Source: Candidatus Saccharimonadota bacterium
GTDB lineage: Archaea; Nanohalarchaeota; Nanosalinia; Nanosalinales; Nanosalinaceae
Length of the DNA stretch: 32,000 bases
Assembly: GCF_047555085.1 (NCBI RefSeq)
Contig: NZ_CP180230.1
Coordinates: 780,001 to 812,000, forward strand
Direction: 5' to 3'
This document shows, piece after piece, positions 18,060 to 27,115 of the stretch (position 1 is its first letter; every line of letters begins with the position of its first letter). Under the pieces are notes generated by a model. That model did not search any database and was not told the origin of the DNA. It saw only the letters and a list, made by a program, of their open reading frames with translations. The translations under genes and the position numbers were made by a program.

Positions 18060-18162
18060 TAGAAAAAGTTGAGTAGTGCAGGTTTAAGTAAATTATTTCG
18101 ATTATCCAGTCGAGGCCGTGTTTAAACGGATAAAAACGGAGAAAACATAGAAGAAACAAAAA

Positions 18163-18170
18163 GCTTAAAA
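18163..18170 (+). promoter_or_regulatory. TATA-like box GCTTAAAA for the 112-aa gene
   Basis: Ends 26 nt upstream of ATG 18196, spacing typical of a leaderless transcript. Confidence 0.4.
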
Positions 18171-18195
18171 ACTTTAGTCACTATACAGTAGTAAT

Positions 18196-18534
18196 ATGAC
18201 AGGCCTGGATCGTACCTACGGTGATCTTCTTGATGCAGCCGGAGATGATGTTGCAGATTATGTAAGAATTGAGCATGAGAGAGGCCGTGGCGAGGGAACT
18301 GCAGTTATTGATCCCGATATAGGAGGCTACGGCACTGACAGCGTCGATTCTCTTTCAGGCCTTGCTGTGGAAGTTGCTGACGGCCTCAGTGATTTTTATC
18401 AGGGCGTTCACATGTATGATGTTGAGGGAGCGGATGATAGAAGTGCTGAGGAGGCCTTGGAAGAGGTTATACATGATTTGACTCCTGATAGTCCTTCCAG
18501 AAATAACATGTTTGCTGATGCTGCGCTGGAGTAA
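18196..18534 (+). CDS. Acidic hypothetical protein (112 aa)
   Basis: ATG preceded by GCTTAAAA at 18163-18170, about 26 nt upstream, consistent with a leaderless or short-leader transcript. Acidic composition. Confidence 0.6.
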   Translation: MTGLDRTYGDLLDAAGDDVADYVRIEHERGRGEGTAVIDPDIGGYGTDSVDSLSGLAVEVADGLSDFYQGVHMYDVEGADDRSAEEALEEVIHDLTPDSPSRNNMFADAALE

Positions 18535-18540
18535 GTTAAG

Positions 18541-19404
18541 TTATATTGAGATGAGTATTGCTCCGAGTACCATCAGGCCTGAGCCTATTATTCTTTCTCT
18601 GAAGCTTTCTTTTTCGTCGAGCATGAAGTAGCTGAATACTACTGTGAGCGGTATGCTGAGGCGTTTTATCGATATTACGTAGGAGACCAGTGTAGTGTTG
18701 ATCGCTGTCATCTGCAGGATTATTGCGACTGCTCCAAGTACACCAAGAAGTGCCAGAGGCCTCCATTCGGTTTTCACCTGTTTTTTCCAGTCATCGGATT
18801 TTCGCATCATGACAGGCATCAGGAATATCGATGAAAGACTGTATACTGCCAGAGGCCACATCACGGGCGAAGAAAGGCCTACTCCGATCTTATCAGTGTT
18901 GGCCGTTATTGAGTAAATCAGTAATACTACAAGTATGAGCTGTACTCCTCTTTCCTGCCAGAGTTTTCTCACCGGCTCCAGAACACTTTTCGCACCTTTT
19001 ATCTTCAGGGCATAGGCTCCAAGAGCAATACATAAAACACCTATACCACCGGAAACACTGGGGATTTCCCCAAGTATTAGGAATGAAGTCACCAGCACAA
19101 GCATAGGCGATATAGCATACATAGGAGTTACTATAGATGCATCAGATTCTTTGTAGGCCTTTGCAATCAGTATAGATGCAGCTGCAATAGCAAGGCTCTG
19201 TGGAACAATCATAAGGAAAAACTGGAGGCCTAGATCCGGCACACCGTAGAAAAGTATAGCAGCTAAAAGCACCGGCACACCGAAAGCTCTTGAACTCCAG
19301 GCCGTGATGAACTCATCAGTTCCAAGAGCGTTCCTCCGCTGGTAAATCGCCTGATAGCCCTTGATAAGTGCCACACCAAGCGCCAGCATAATCCCCGGAT
19401 CCAT
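18541..19404 (-). CDS. EamA/DMT-family transporter
   Basis: About 10 TM helices in two EamA-like halves. I prefer the ATG at 19404 (MDPGIMLALGV...) to the track's TTG at 19413. Confidence 0.83.
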   Translation of the reverse strand: MDPGIMLALGVALIKGYQAIYQRRNALGTDEFITAWSSRAFGVPVLLAAILFYGVPDLGLQFFLMIVPQSLAIAAASILIAKAYKESDASIVTPMYAISPMLVLVTSFLILGEIPSVSGGIGVLCIALGAYALKIKGAKSVLEPVRKLWQERGVQLILVVLLIYSITANTDKIGVGLSSPVMWPLAVYSLSSIFLMPVMMRKSDDWKKQVKTEWRPLALLGVLGAVAIILQMTAINTTLVSYVISIKRLSIPLTVVFSYFMLDEKESFRERIIGSGLMVLGAILISI

Positions 19405-19429
19405 ATCACTCAACTCGAAGGCCTAATTT

Positions 19430-20854
19430 TTAATCCTCGTCCCTGACTTCCTCAAAACGTTCGATCGCAGTCTTTCTTTTCTCATCGTGATCAACGATAG
19501 GCCTTGGATAATCCTCACCGATCTCGACACCGCAATCCTCCTGTTGGAGCTTGTTCATCTCGTGAGGCCTGTGAATATGTTCATCGGGAACGTCTTCCAG
19601 CTCCGGCACCCATTTCCGGATGTACTCGCCATCAGGATCGTAGTCCTCTCCCTGAGAAAACGGATTAAAGACTCTGAAGTACGGCTGGGCGTCGGTACCG
19701 ATTGAATAGGCCCATTGGATCCCTCCTATCATTGAGGCGATCTCTGCATCCACAAAATTCTCGTTGAAGAACTCATGCAGGTCCTTCCAGTCCAGCCACA
19801 GATCCTTGCATGCAAAGCTTGTGACAACCATACGTAGACGGTTGTGCATCCATCCCGTCTTCTTCAACTGACGCATACCGGCGTCGACAAACGGATAACC
19901 TGTCTTGCCGTTGATAAAGGCCTTCCAGTCCTCCTTGGCCTCTTCTTTACTCCTCCATTCGATTTCCTCGTACTGTTCTAGGAAAGGCCTCTCCGCTGAC
20001 TCCGGCCAGTTCCAGAGTACCTGCATGTAGAAGTCGCGCCACGCTAGCTCTTCCTGCCAGGTCTTGATGCCCGAAGTATCGTCGTTGGGATTTCTGGCTT
20101 TCATTCTTTCGGCCTCCCAGAACACCTCTCTGATCGAAACAGTTCCGAACTTGAGATGCGGAGAAAGCTTACTCGTGGAGTCTTTCCAGGCATAGTCTCT
20201 GTTCTCGTCGTAGTTCCATATCTTGTCCTTGAAGGCCTCTATCCTGTCTTTTGCGCCTTCTCTCGAAGGATCCCAGTTCCATTCAAAATCTTCAGGCCTT
20301 TCAAATCCTAGCTCTTTCAGCGAAGGAATTTCATCGCTTTCGACATCAGGAACTTCATATTCTTCGACGTCCTGAGGCCTTCTATGCTCTTTTTTGAACC
20401 ATTTCTTGCTGTAGTAAGTGTAGACTTTGTAAGGAGTACCTGAATTCGTTAAAATTTCTTCCTTCTCGGACATGACGATGTCTTTGAAAGTTTTGACTGG
20501 AACATTAAGGCCTTCTTCGATTTTCTCGTCTCTTTCTCTGCTATACGGCGTGTAATCCCTGTTGTGGTATACTGCATCTGCATCGACTTCATCTACTATT
20601 TTTTCCAGTTCTTCCAGCGGCTTTCCTTTCCTGACTACAAGATCTTTACTCTCTTCGCCTCCAAGTTTTTCCTTGAAATTCTGTAACGCATCGTGCCAGA
20701 ACTTAACTCTTGGATAGCCGAGGGAGGCTTTTTTGAAGTAGTTATCATCCACTACGTAGAAAGGGATTACTTCATCGTGTTTTTTCGAGGCCTCTACAAG
20801 TGCTGTATTGTCGTATTCTCTCAGGGATCTGCGGATCCAGACTATCGCTGTCAC
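19430..20854 (-). CDS. phr: Deoxyribodipyrimidine photolyase / cryptochrome-family flavoprotein
   Basis: Motifs WIRRSLREYDNTAL, TSKLSPHLKFGTVSIREV, WRDFY, GWMHNRLRMVVTSF and GGIQW. GTG start. Confidence 0.95.
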   Translation of the reverse strand: MTAIVWIRRSLREYDNTALVEASKKHDEVIPFYVVDDNYFKKASLGYPRVKFWHDALQNFKEKLGGEESKDLVVRKGKPLEELEKIVDEVDADAVYHNRDYTPYSRERDEKIEEGLNVPVKTFKDIVMSEKEEILTNSGTPYKVYTYYSKKWFKKEHRRPQDVEEYEVPDVESDEIPSLKELGFERPEDFEWNWDPSREGAKDRIEAFKDKIWNYDENRDYAWKDSTSKLSPHLKFGTVSIREVFWEAERMKARNPNDDTSGIKTWQEELAWRDFYMQVLWNWPESAERPFLEQYEEIEWRSKEEAKEDWKAFINGKTGYPFVDAGMRQLKKTGWMHNRLRMVVTSFACKDLWLDWKDLHEFFNENFVDAEIASMIGGIQWAYSIGTDAQPYFRVFNPFSQGEDYDPDGEYIRKWVPELEDVPDEHIHRPHEMNKLQQEDCGVEIGEDYPRPIVDHDEKRKTAIERFEEVRDED

Positions 20855-20886
20855 AGAGAATATTTTGGAGGCCTGATTTTATGGAT

Positions 20887-21537
20887 TTACTGGCTCTGGA
20901 AGAAGCTGTCAAGTTTTTCCTTGTCTTTTTCAGGGCCTATCATGATAAGCTGGTCGTTTTCTCTGAGTTCGACGTCTTCTACTTTTTCTTCATCTCTAAG
21001 TACAGATGTGATTTCGAAGGACTGTGGGAATTTCTTCATCTTCTCGATCTCGTCTACTGTTCTGTCCTCCAGTTCTGAGCTTTCCTTTACAGAGGCCTTT
21101 ACAAGTTCAAGGTCTCCTTTCAGGTTGGCGAGTTTGACGAGATACGGGTGCTCTACAGTTGAGAGGAACTCTGATAGAAGTATATCGTTGTGGCTTATCG
21201 GCTGTGCATCGATTATCTGGAAGGCGTCAACGTATTCGTCGTCTTCAACTCGTGTTACTACTTTCGGCACTCCGTATTTTTTGGCCAGTGTGCATACAAC
21301 CATGTTTTCGTTATCTTCTTTTTCAGCTGCTATAAGAACGTCTGCTTTTTCTATACCTGCATCTTCAAGCGCCGAGATAGTTGTAGGAGATTTATTTATG
21401 ACTGTAGCTCCGCTTGAGGAGTAGAGTCTGTCGCATTTATCTTTATCTGCATCTACTGCGACTACATCGTGATTTCCTTCCAGCTTCTTCACGAGTCTTT
21501 TCGACATCGAGTTTATCCCGGCTACTACTACATACAT
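20887..21537 (-). CDS. trkA: TrkA-type (RCK) potassium-uptake regulatory subunit, single N+C module
   Basis: 216 aa with an N-terminal Rossmann-like VVVAGINSMSKRLVKKL...VVAVD and a C-terminal TrkA-C-like domain. Sits directly downstream of trkH in the same operon. Confidence 0.87.
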   Translation of the reverse strand: MYVVVAGINSMSKRLVKKLEGNHDVVAVDADKDKCDRLYSSSGATVINKSPTTISALEDAGIEKADVLIAAEKEDNENMVVCTLAKKYGVPKVVTRVEDDEYVDAFQIIDAQPISHNDILLSEFLSTVEHPYLVKLANLKGDLELVKASVKESSELEDRTVDEIEKMKKFPQSFEITSVLRDEEKVEDVELRENDQLIMIGPEKDKEKLDSFFQSQ

Positions 21538-21541
21538 TGTA

Positions 21542-22957
21542 TCAGTCTTTGATTGTGCTCCTATTAAATATTGCCAGAACCGGCAGCATCTCCAGTCTAC
21601 CTGCCACCATTGCCACTGTAAGAATGATTTTAGAGACTACAGAGGCCTCTGAAAGAAGCGAATCGGTGAATATCGGCCCCATATTCCCTATAGTTGAGAA
21701 AGCTACAGATACAGCGCCTTTGAAACTGTATCCTTCAAGGCCTACAAGCGAGATAGCTATCAGAAAAGAAACTGATATCCACGTAAAGAAAAGCACCGAT
21801 ACAGTCTTGACTGTTGAACTATCAAGTATCTCCCCATCTATCTTAACTTTATTTACAGCTGTATCAGGGAGAGAATAGGCCTTTAATCTAGTTTTCAGCA
21901 TCTCCAGCATTGTTTTTATCCTGAATATTTTGAGGCCTCCTGCTGTAGATCCTACTGATCCTCCTACAAACATGACTGCGAGGAGCATGATCTGTACTGC
22001 CGGTGCAGCTACCATGATATCTATAGTGGCGAATCCTGTGGAGGATATGAATGCTGCACTCTGGAAAGCTCCATGGAGCACAGGATCAGCTGTTTTACCG
22101 ATTAAATCGAATGTCAGTACTGCTGTAACAACAGCGAATATGGAGAGATACAACTTGAATTCCGAGTTGTTTCTCAGAGGCCTGTAATCTGATCTAAGTA
22201 CTCTGTAAAGTATTACGAAGTTGATTCCTCCAAGAAGCATGAAAAGCGTTGAAATGGCCTGTATCTGTGGCGTGTATACTGCGAAGCTTGCTCCCTGAGT
22301 GGAGAATCCTCCTGTTGAAAGTGTTGAGAAAGCGTGTATAACTGCCTGGAATACAGGCATCTTTGATGCAACGAACAGGCCTATTAGAAGCGTCGTAAGG
22401 AATCCGTATACTCTCCACAGATCGATTACTGATTTCTTGAGCGAAGGCCTTATGCTTCCTGGATCTGTTTTATGAGCTTCTGCGGAGAAAAGCCGCTGTG
22501 AAATACCTCCTGACTGCTTCAGTACTGCTATGAAAAATGTCAGTATGCCGAGGCCTCCTATCCATTGCATGAAGCTTCTCCAGAAAAGTATCGAGTGCGG
22601 AAGATTTTCTGGTGCAGAAAAAATGGATATGCCTGTTGTTGTGAGGCCTGAAGCTGCTTCAAAAATAGCATCGGCCACAGGAAGGTATTCTGTCAGCGGT
22701 ATCGATCCCAGAAGTATCGCCGAGGCCCATCCAAGCAAGGTAAGTATGATGGCCTCCTGGACAGAGGGATCTCCAGTAGATCCGTAACGATGCATCAATG
22801 TTCCTGCTACAAGACTCAGAAGAGACGTTCCTGTGAAAAGGTAGAAGTTGAGAGCTTTCTCAGGGTATACAAGTGTAAGAACTGCAGGGAGAAAAGTAAG
22901 GACTGCGTATATCTGCAGGAATCTTCCAAGCACCCCCATCAATAGGCCTCTCCGCAT
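21542..22957 (-). CDS. trkH: TrkH-type potassium uptake membrane subunit
   Basis: Four pore-loop-like motifs (GLTTTGIS, LSTGGFST, SSTGFAT, TIGNMGP) within a polytopic membrane protein of 471 aa. Confidence 0.93.
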   Translation of the reverse strand: MRRGLLMGVLGRFLQIYAVLTFLPAVLTLVYPEKALNFYLFTGTSLLSLVAGTLMHRYGSTGDPSVQEAIILTLLGWASAILLGSIPLTEYLPVADAIFEAASGLTTTGISIFSAPENLPHSILFWRSFMQWIGGLGILTFFIAVLKQSGGISQRLFSAEAHKTDPGSIRPSLKKSVIDLWRVYGFLTTLLIGLFVASKMPVFQAVIHAFSTLSTGGFSTQGASFAVYTPQIQAISTLFMLLGGINFVILYRVLRSDYRPLRNNSEFKLYLSIFAVVTAVLTFDLIGKTADPVLHGAFQSAAFISSTGFATIDIMVAAPAVQIMLLAVMFVGGSVGSTAGGLKIFRIKTMLEMLKTRLKAYSLPDTAVNKVKIDGEILDSSTVKTVSVLFFTWISVSFLIAISLVGLEGYSFKGAVSVAFSTIGNMGPIFTDSLLSEASVVSKIILTVAMVAGRLEMLPVLAIFNRSTIKD

Positions 22958-23111
22958 AAGTTCTTGATGGTCTGTGTTTGAATAAAAAACGCTCTGTAGA
23001 AAGAGAAAGGTTGGAGATGGCGGAGGGTTTCATAAAGTTTTACAGGTCATCTTGTTCATGCTCGGAAAGATATCTTCAGGATTATTGGACTGAGCAAAGG
23101 TGAATCAAATT

Positions 23112-23477
23112 ATGCAGATTACAGTTGGAACACAGGACGGCGAAACATTCCAGAAAGAAATTGAAGAAACATCTCAGCTTGTAGGTAAGAAAATCGGCGA
23201 GACTTTTGAAGGAGGAGTTCTAGGCCTTGATGGTTACAAGCTTGAAGTTACTGGCGGTAGCGATAAGCAGGGCTTCCCTATGAAGAAGTCAATGGAAGGT
23301 GCTGAGAGAAGAAAGGTTCTACTGAAAGAAGGTACAGGCATCCGTGAAGATGTTGACGGTGTAAGGAAGCGGAAATCTGTACGTGGAGATACTGTTTCGC
23401 AGGAGATCCAGCAGCTTAATACAAAAGTTGTTGAGGCAGGGGATAAACCCGTTGAAGAGCTTCTTGAAGAAGAATAA
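23112..23477 (+). CDS. rps6e: 30S ribosomal protein S6e
   Basis: GYKLEVTGGSDKQGFPMKKSMEGAERRKVLL is the S6e signature. ATG 23112 is preceded by AAGGTGA at 23097-23103; the track's GTG at 23100 lies inside that SD. Confidence 0.93.
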   Translation: MQITVGTQDGETFQKEIEETSQLVGKKIGETFEGGVLGLDGYKLEVTGGSDKQGFPMKKSMEGAERRKVLLKEGTGIREDVDGVRKRKSVRGDTVSQEIQQLNTKVVEAGDKPVEELLEEE

Positions 23478-23480
23478 ATC

Positions 23481-24674
23481 ATGAATAAAGAACTACCCGA
23501 AGTGAATGTAGGCCTTGTAGGGCACGTTGATCACGGAAAGACAACTCTTACCAGAGCTCTCTCCGGTAAATGGACTGATGAGCACAGCGAAGAACTGAAG
23601 AAAGGCATCACGATCAGGCTTGGATACGCTGACGTCACATACTACAGAGACGATGAAGGAAACCTGAACGTTGATGGAGACGGCGAGACAGTTCGTTCGC
23701 TTTCTCTTGTTGATGCTCCAGGCCACGAAACATTGATGGCTAACGTGCTTTCCGGTGCCGCAATCATGGACGGTGCTGTTCTAATTATTGCCGCTAACGA
23801 AGAGTGTCCTCAGCCACAGACGCGCGAACATCTGGCAGCTCTTGACATCATAGGAATAGAGAACATAGTTATTGTCCAGAACAAGATCGATCTCGTGGAC
23901 AAGGAGCAGGTACGTGAAAATTATAACGAGATAAAAGACTTTGTCGAAGGCACAGTAGCCGAAGACGCACCTATCATTCCTGTATCGGCACAGCACGAAA
24001 TCAATATAGATGCTCTTCTGGAGGCAGTTGATGAGGAAATCCCTACACCAGAAAGAGATCTGGAAGCCGATCCAAAGATGCTTGTCGCACGATCATTCGA
24101 TATCAACAAGCCAGGACAGCTACCTGAAGAAGTCAGCGGAGGAGTAGTTGGCGGAAGCCTCACACGTGGAAAACTTGAGCCCGAAGATGAAATAGAACTG
24201 AAACCAGGCCGCAAAGTCGGCGAGGAAAAATGGGAGACAGTCACAACAACTGTAGAAAATATAATCCACGGAAACGATATCGTGGACGAAGGAAGGCCTG
24301 GAGGCCTTCTAGGAGTCGAAACAAAGCTTGATCCATCGATGACGAAGTCCGATGGCCTTGAAGGAAACGTTTTAGGCCTTAAGGGGACTCTTCCAGATAC
24401 AACTTACAATATAGAGCTAGAGGCAGAGCTCATGGAAAGTCTTGTTGGATCTGAAGACGATAAAGAGATTGAGAACATCAAGGAGCACGAGCCTTTGATG
24501 ATCAACGTAGGTACAGGGAAGTCAGCAGGCTTTGTTACACAGGCAGGTAAGAACGTCAAGCTCGACTTAAAAGTGCCGATCTGCGCTGAGGAAGGCGATA
24601 GAATAGCTATTTCACGCCAGATAGGTTCTAGATGGCGCTTAATCGGTCACGGCAAGATTACAGGCGTTGAATGA
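23481..24674 (+). CDS. eif2g: Translation initiation factor aIF2 gamma subunit
   Basis: G motifs GHVDHGKTTL, DAPGHE and NKIDL, with domain II/III architecture. 397 aa. Confidence 0.96.
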   Translation: MNKELPEVNVGLVGHVDHGKTTLTRALSGKWTDEHSEELKKGITIRLGYADVTYYRDDEGNLNVDGDGETVRSLSLVDAPGHETLMANVLSGAAIMDGAVLIIAANEECPQPQTREHLAALDIIGIENIVIVQNKIDLVDKEQVRENYNEIKDFVEGTVAEDAPIIPVSAQHEINIDALLEAVDEEIPTPERDLEADPKMLVARSFDINKPGQLPEEVSGGVVGGSLTRGKLEPEDEIELKPGRKVGEEKWETVTTTVENIIHGNDIVDEGRPGGLLGVETKLDPSMTKSDGLEGNVLGLKGTLPDTTYNIELEAELMESLVGSEDDKEIENIKEHEPLMINVGTGKSAGFVTQAGKNVKLDLKVPICAEEGDRIAISRQIGSRWRLIGHGKITGVE

Positions 24675-24720
24675 AAAATAGTAGATTTTTAACTAACCAT
24701 AACAAGGTTGTATCTGTACA

Positions 24721-26292
24721 ATGTCACTCTCGACAGCACTCGCCGATCTCTCCGCAGGCCAGGGAGCATTATTTCGCACACTTGTAACACTTGGCCTTCT
24801 TGTAGGAGGACACATTCTGGTGAAAATCTTTGCAGTTATAGTAAGGAAAACCTGGATGCAGCGAGGAGAGGATCTGACAAAGAAAGCGATCCAGAAGCGT
24901 TACGATGCTGTAAAGAACATTACATACATACTTGATGCTGTAGTTATCGCCGCAGCACTTCTATACTTGAATACAGGCCTGACCACCACACTTACAGAAA
25001 AACTGACTTCAGGCCTTCCGGATATACTTTCCGTACTGCTGATAGGTATACTCGGGATTTTGCTTGTCAACTTTGTGACAAAGTTCGCAAGCGGATTCCT
25101 GAACCGTCTTGGAACAAGAAACTACCTGAGAGAGATAGGCCTATCACAGAACGCTACACGACTGCTAAGCCTTATAGTGAAGGGCTTCCTGTACCTTGTA
25201 GTTTTCCAGGTAGTGCTTGAACAACTGGGAATCGGAAACACGTTCCTTGACAAAGCGATAACTGCTTCAGCATATGCAGCAGTCTTCCTTGTAGCAGGCC
25301 TCGCATTCTGGGGATTCAAAGATCTAGCAAGAAACATGGCAGCAGGCCTCTATCTAAAGAACTCCAGACTTGTAAGGCCTGGAGAAAAAGTCTATCTCGA
25401 GGAAGAGAGCGGAGAAATCCGCGACGTTGATCTGTTCAGCACCGAAGTAGAGACTGACGGCGGATACCGGCTGCTGACACAGAACTCAAAGATCATGGAT
25501 GCCGATCTGAAGTTCAAAGATACACAGAGCGATATAGAAACACTTGAAGACGTGAAGAGACATTTCACAGCTCAGGATCCATCTTACTGTGGGCCTGCTT
25601 CAGCAGAGATGGCCTTAAGTATCTTTGGATACCGATACGGTCAGGAAACAATCGGAGAAATGTGTGATACAGAAGTAGGCGTTGGAACGATGCCTGACGA
25701 TCTTATCGAATCCATTGAAACTCTCACCGATGGAGAAGTTAAAGCTGCGTACGTTGAGTACGACAAGATCACGGATCTTGCGGACGAGTTCAAGATCTGG
25801 TTCAACGACGGTGCACTGATAATACCGAACTTTGCAAAGCCTGTGCTATTCCCTCAGGCTGATACAGCACACTACAGCTTGTGTGTCGGAGTTGAAGGCG
25901 AGGATCTTCTGATTGTTGATCCAAGTACTTCAACAGTATCAGGCGGAGTCTACTATGCAGATAGCTCTGAGATGCTGGAGGCTATGGGAGAGTTCGAGGG
26001 CAGAAGCAGAGGATATCTTGTGCTTGCTCCTGAAGATACAACAGCTTACTGGAGGATCAACAAAGGCCTGATCTACGCAGACAAGAGCTTCTACGATGAG
26101 ATCAGCAAGAACATGGAGCTTCAGCTCAGAAGGATTCTGCGTCAGGGAAGGATTCTGAAGAACGTTCTTCCAGAGGACTTGCAGTCTTACCTGGATAAAT
26201 GGAAGAAAGAGGAGAAAGTAGGAAGAGTATGGAAACCTGAGAGCAAGCGGAAAGAAGGTGAAGAAGATGGAACTACTGATTCTGGCGAATGA
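24721..26292 (+). CDS. Fusion protein: MscS-like mechanosensitive channel core plus C-terminal papain-fold (peptidase C39-like) cysteine peptidase domain
   Basis: N-terminal TM helices, then the MscS pore helix/beta-domain pattern FLVAGLAFWGFKDLARNMAAGLYLKNSRLVRPGEKVYLEEESGEIRDVDLFSTEVETDGGYRLLTQNSKIM. The C-terminal domain carries DPSYCGPASAEMAL (Cys nucleophile context) and TAHYSLCVGVEGEDLLIVDPS (His/Asp). Confidence 0.78.
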   Translation: MSLSTALADLSAGQGALFRTLVTLGLLVGGHILVKIFAVIVRKTWMQRGEDLTKKAIQKRYDAVKNITYILDAVVIAAALLYLNTGLTTTLTEKLTSGLPDILSVLLIGILGILLVNFVTKFASGFLNRLGTRNYLREIGLSQNATRLLSLIVKGFLYLVVFQVVLEQLGIGNTFLDKAITASAYAAVFLVAGLAFWGFKDLARNMAAGLYLKNSRLVRPGEKVYLEEESGEIRDVDLFSTEVETDGGYRLLTQNSKIMDADLKFKDTQSDIETLEDVKRHFTAQDPSYCGPASAEMALSIFGYRYGQETIGEMCDTEVGVGTMPDDLIESIETLTDGEVKAAYVEYDKITDLADEFKIWFNDGALIIPNFAKPVLFPQADTAHYSLCVGVEGEDLLIVDPSTSTVSGGVYYADSSEMLEAMGEFEGRSRGYLVLAPEDTTAYWRINKGLIYADKSFYDEISKNMELQLRRILRQGRILKNVLPEDLQSYLDKWKKEEKVGRVWKPESKRKEGEEDGTTDSGE

Positions 26293-27097
26293 CTTCGACA
26301 CACAGGAAAAAAGATTCAGCAACTACTTTGAAGAAGTAGAAAAAAAATCCCTGGCAGACGTCCTTATAGACACAGATAAAGATGAAAACGTCCTCGTGGA
26401 CGGAGAAAGGATAGAGGCCTGGGACGCAGTTTACATCGATCCGGAGCCAAAGGCCTTCAACTACCTGCGAGTGCTAGTCGAGGCCCTTGGACAGAAAGAT
26501 ATCTCATGCAACCTTGATCCATCTTCAATATTTATACTGGCCAAAAAACCTTACCTGTTCAGCGTAATGGCAGAAAGAGGAGTTTCAATACCTGACCAGG
26601 TGGCGATATCTACAGAGAAAGGCCTTACAGAGCTCGAGAAAGATGTAGATTTCCCTGTAGTGGCTAAAAAATATTCAAGCTTTGAGCTAGCCGAAGCAAA
26701 AATTTTCGAGGATTTCGACAATCTGAAATCTTTTGCAGAAATCTCTGAACACGGAAAGGACTTCATCATGATTCAGGAGTACAGTGATGAAGATATTTTT
26801 GACGTTCTGTACATAGACGGCAATTTGATATCTTTGAAGCTGGAGGAATCTCCGTGGGTGGCCTCTGAAAGCACTTCTGTTGCCAAAAAGTATCACAGCA
26901 TATCTACAGATCAGAAGGAGACTGTTGAAGATGCTGTAAGTTCTCTGGGCACCAGCATATGCCAGATCAGGATGAAAGGCAACAAAGTGATGGATATCGA
27001 CAGCAGCCCGGATCTTGAGGCCTTCAAGGAGAAAAGCGGGAAGAATATCTACGGAAGAATTTCCGATATGTTGAAGGAGGGAAACGAGGATGAATAG
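26267..27097 (+). CDS. Degenerate (probably catalytically inactive) ATP-grasp paralog of the downstream RimK-type ligase
   Basis: Colinear with the next gene: WDAVYI~FDAVYL, FPVVAKKYSS~YPAVIKIISG, IMIQEY~CLQEFI, VMDIDSSPD~IGEINASPG. It lacks the Gly-rich loop, the R-x-N...GG motif and the E-x-N motif. ATG 26267 is preceded by AAGGTGA at 26255-26261 and overlaps the upstream gene's end. Confidence 0.65.
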   Translation: MELLILANDFDTQEKRFSNYFEEVEKKSLADVLIDTDKDENVLVDGERIEAWDAVYIDPEPKAFNYLRVLVEALGQKDISCNLDPSSIFILAKKPYLFSVMAERGVSIPDQVAISTEKGLTELEKDVDFPVVAKKYSSFELAEAKIFEDFDNLKSFAEISEHGKDFIMIQEYSDEDIFDVLYIDGNLISLKLEESPWVASESTSVAKKYHSISTDQKETVEDAVSSLGTSICQIRMKGNKVMDIDSSPDLEAFKEKSGKNIYGRISDMLKEGNEDE

Positions 27098-27115
27098 TTT
27101 CAGGAGGCAGATAAA

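Noticed and set aside
20693-21424. 243-aa plus-strand ORF (also 20800-21078, 21190-21417 and 21414-21878) over the photolyase, trkA and trkH genes
   Set aside because: It overlaps three confidently identified minus-strand genes. The Ser/Phe-rich composition is typical of antisense shadows.
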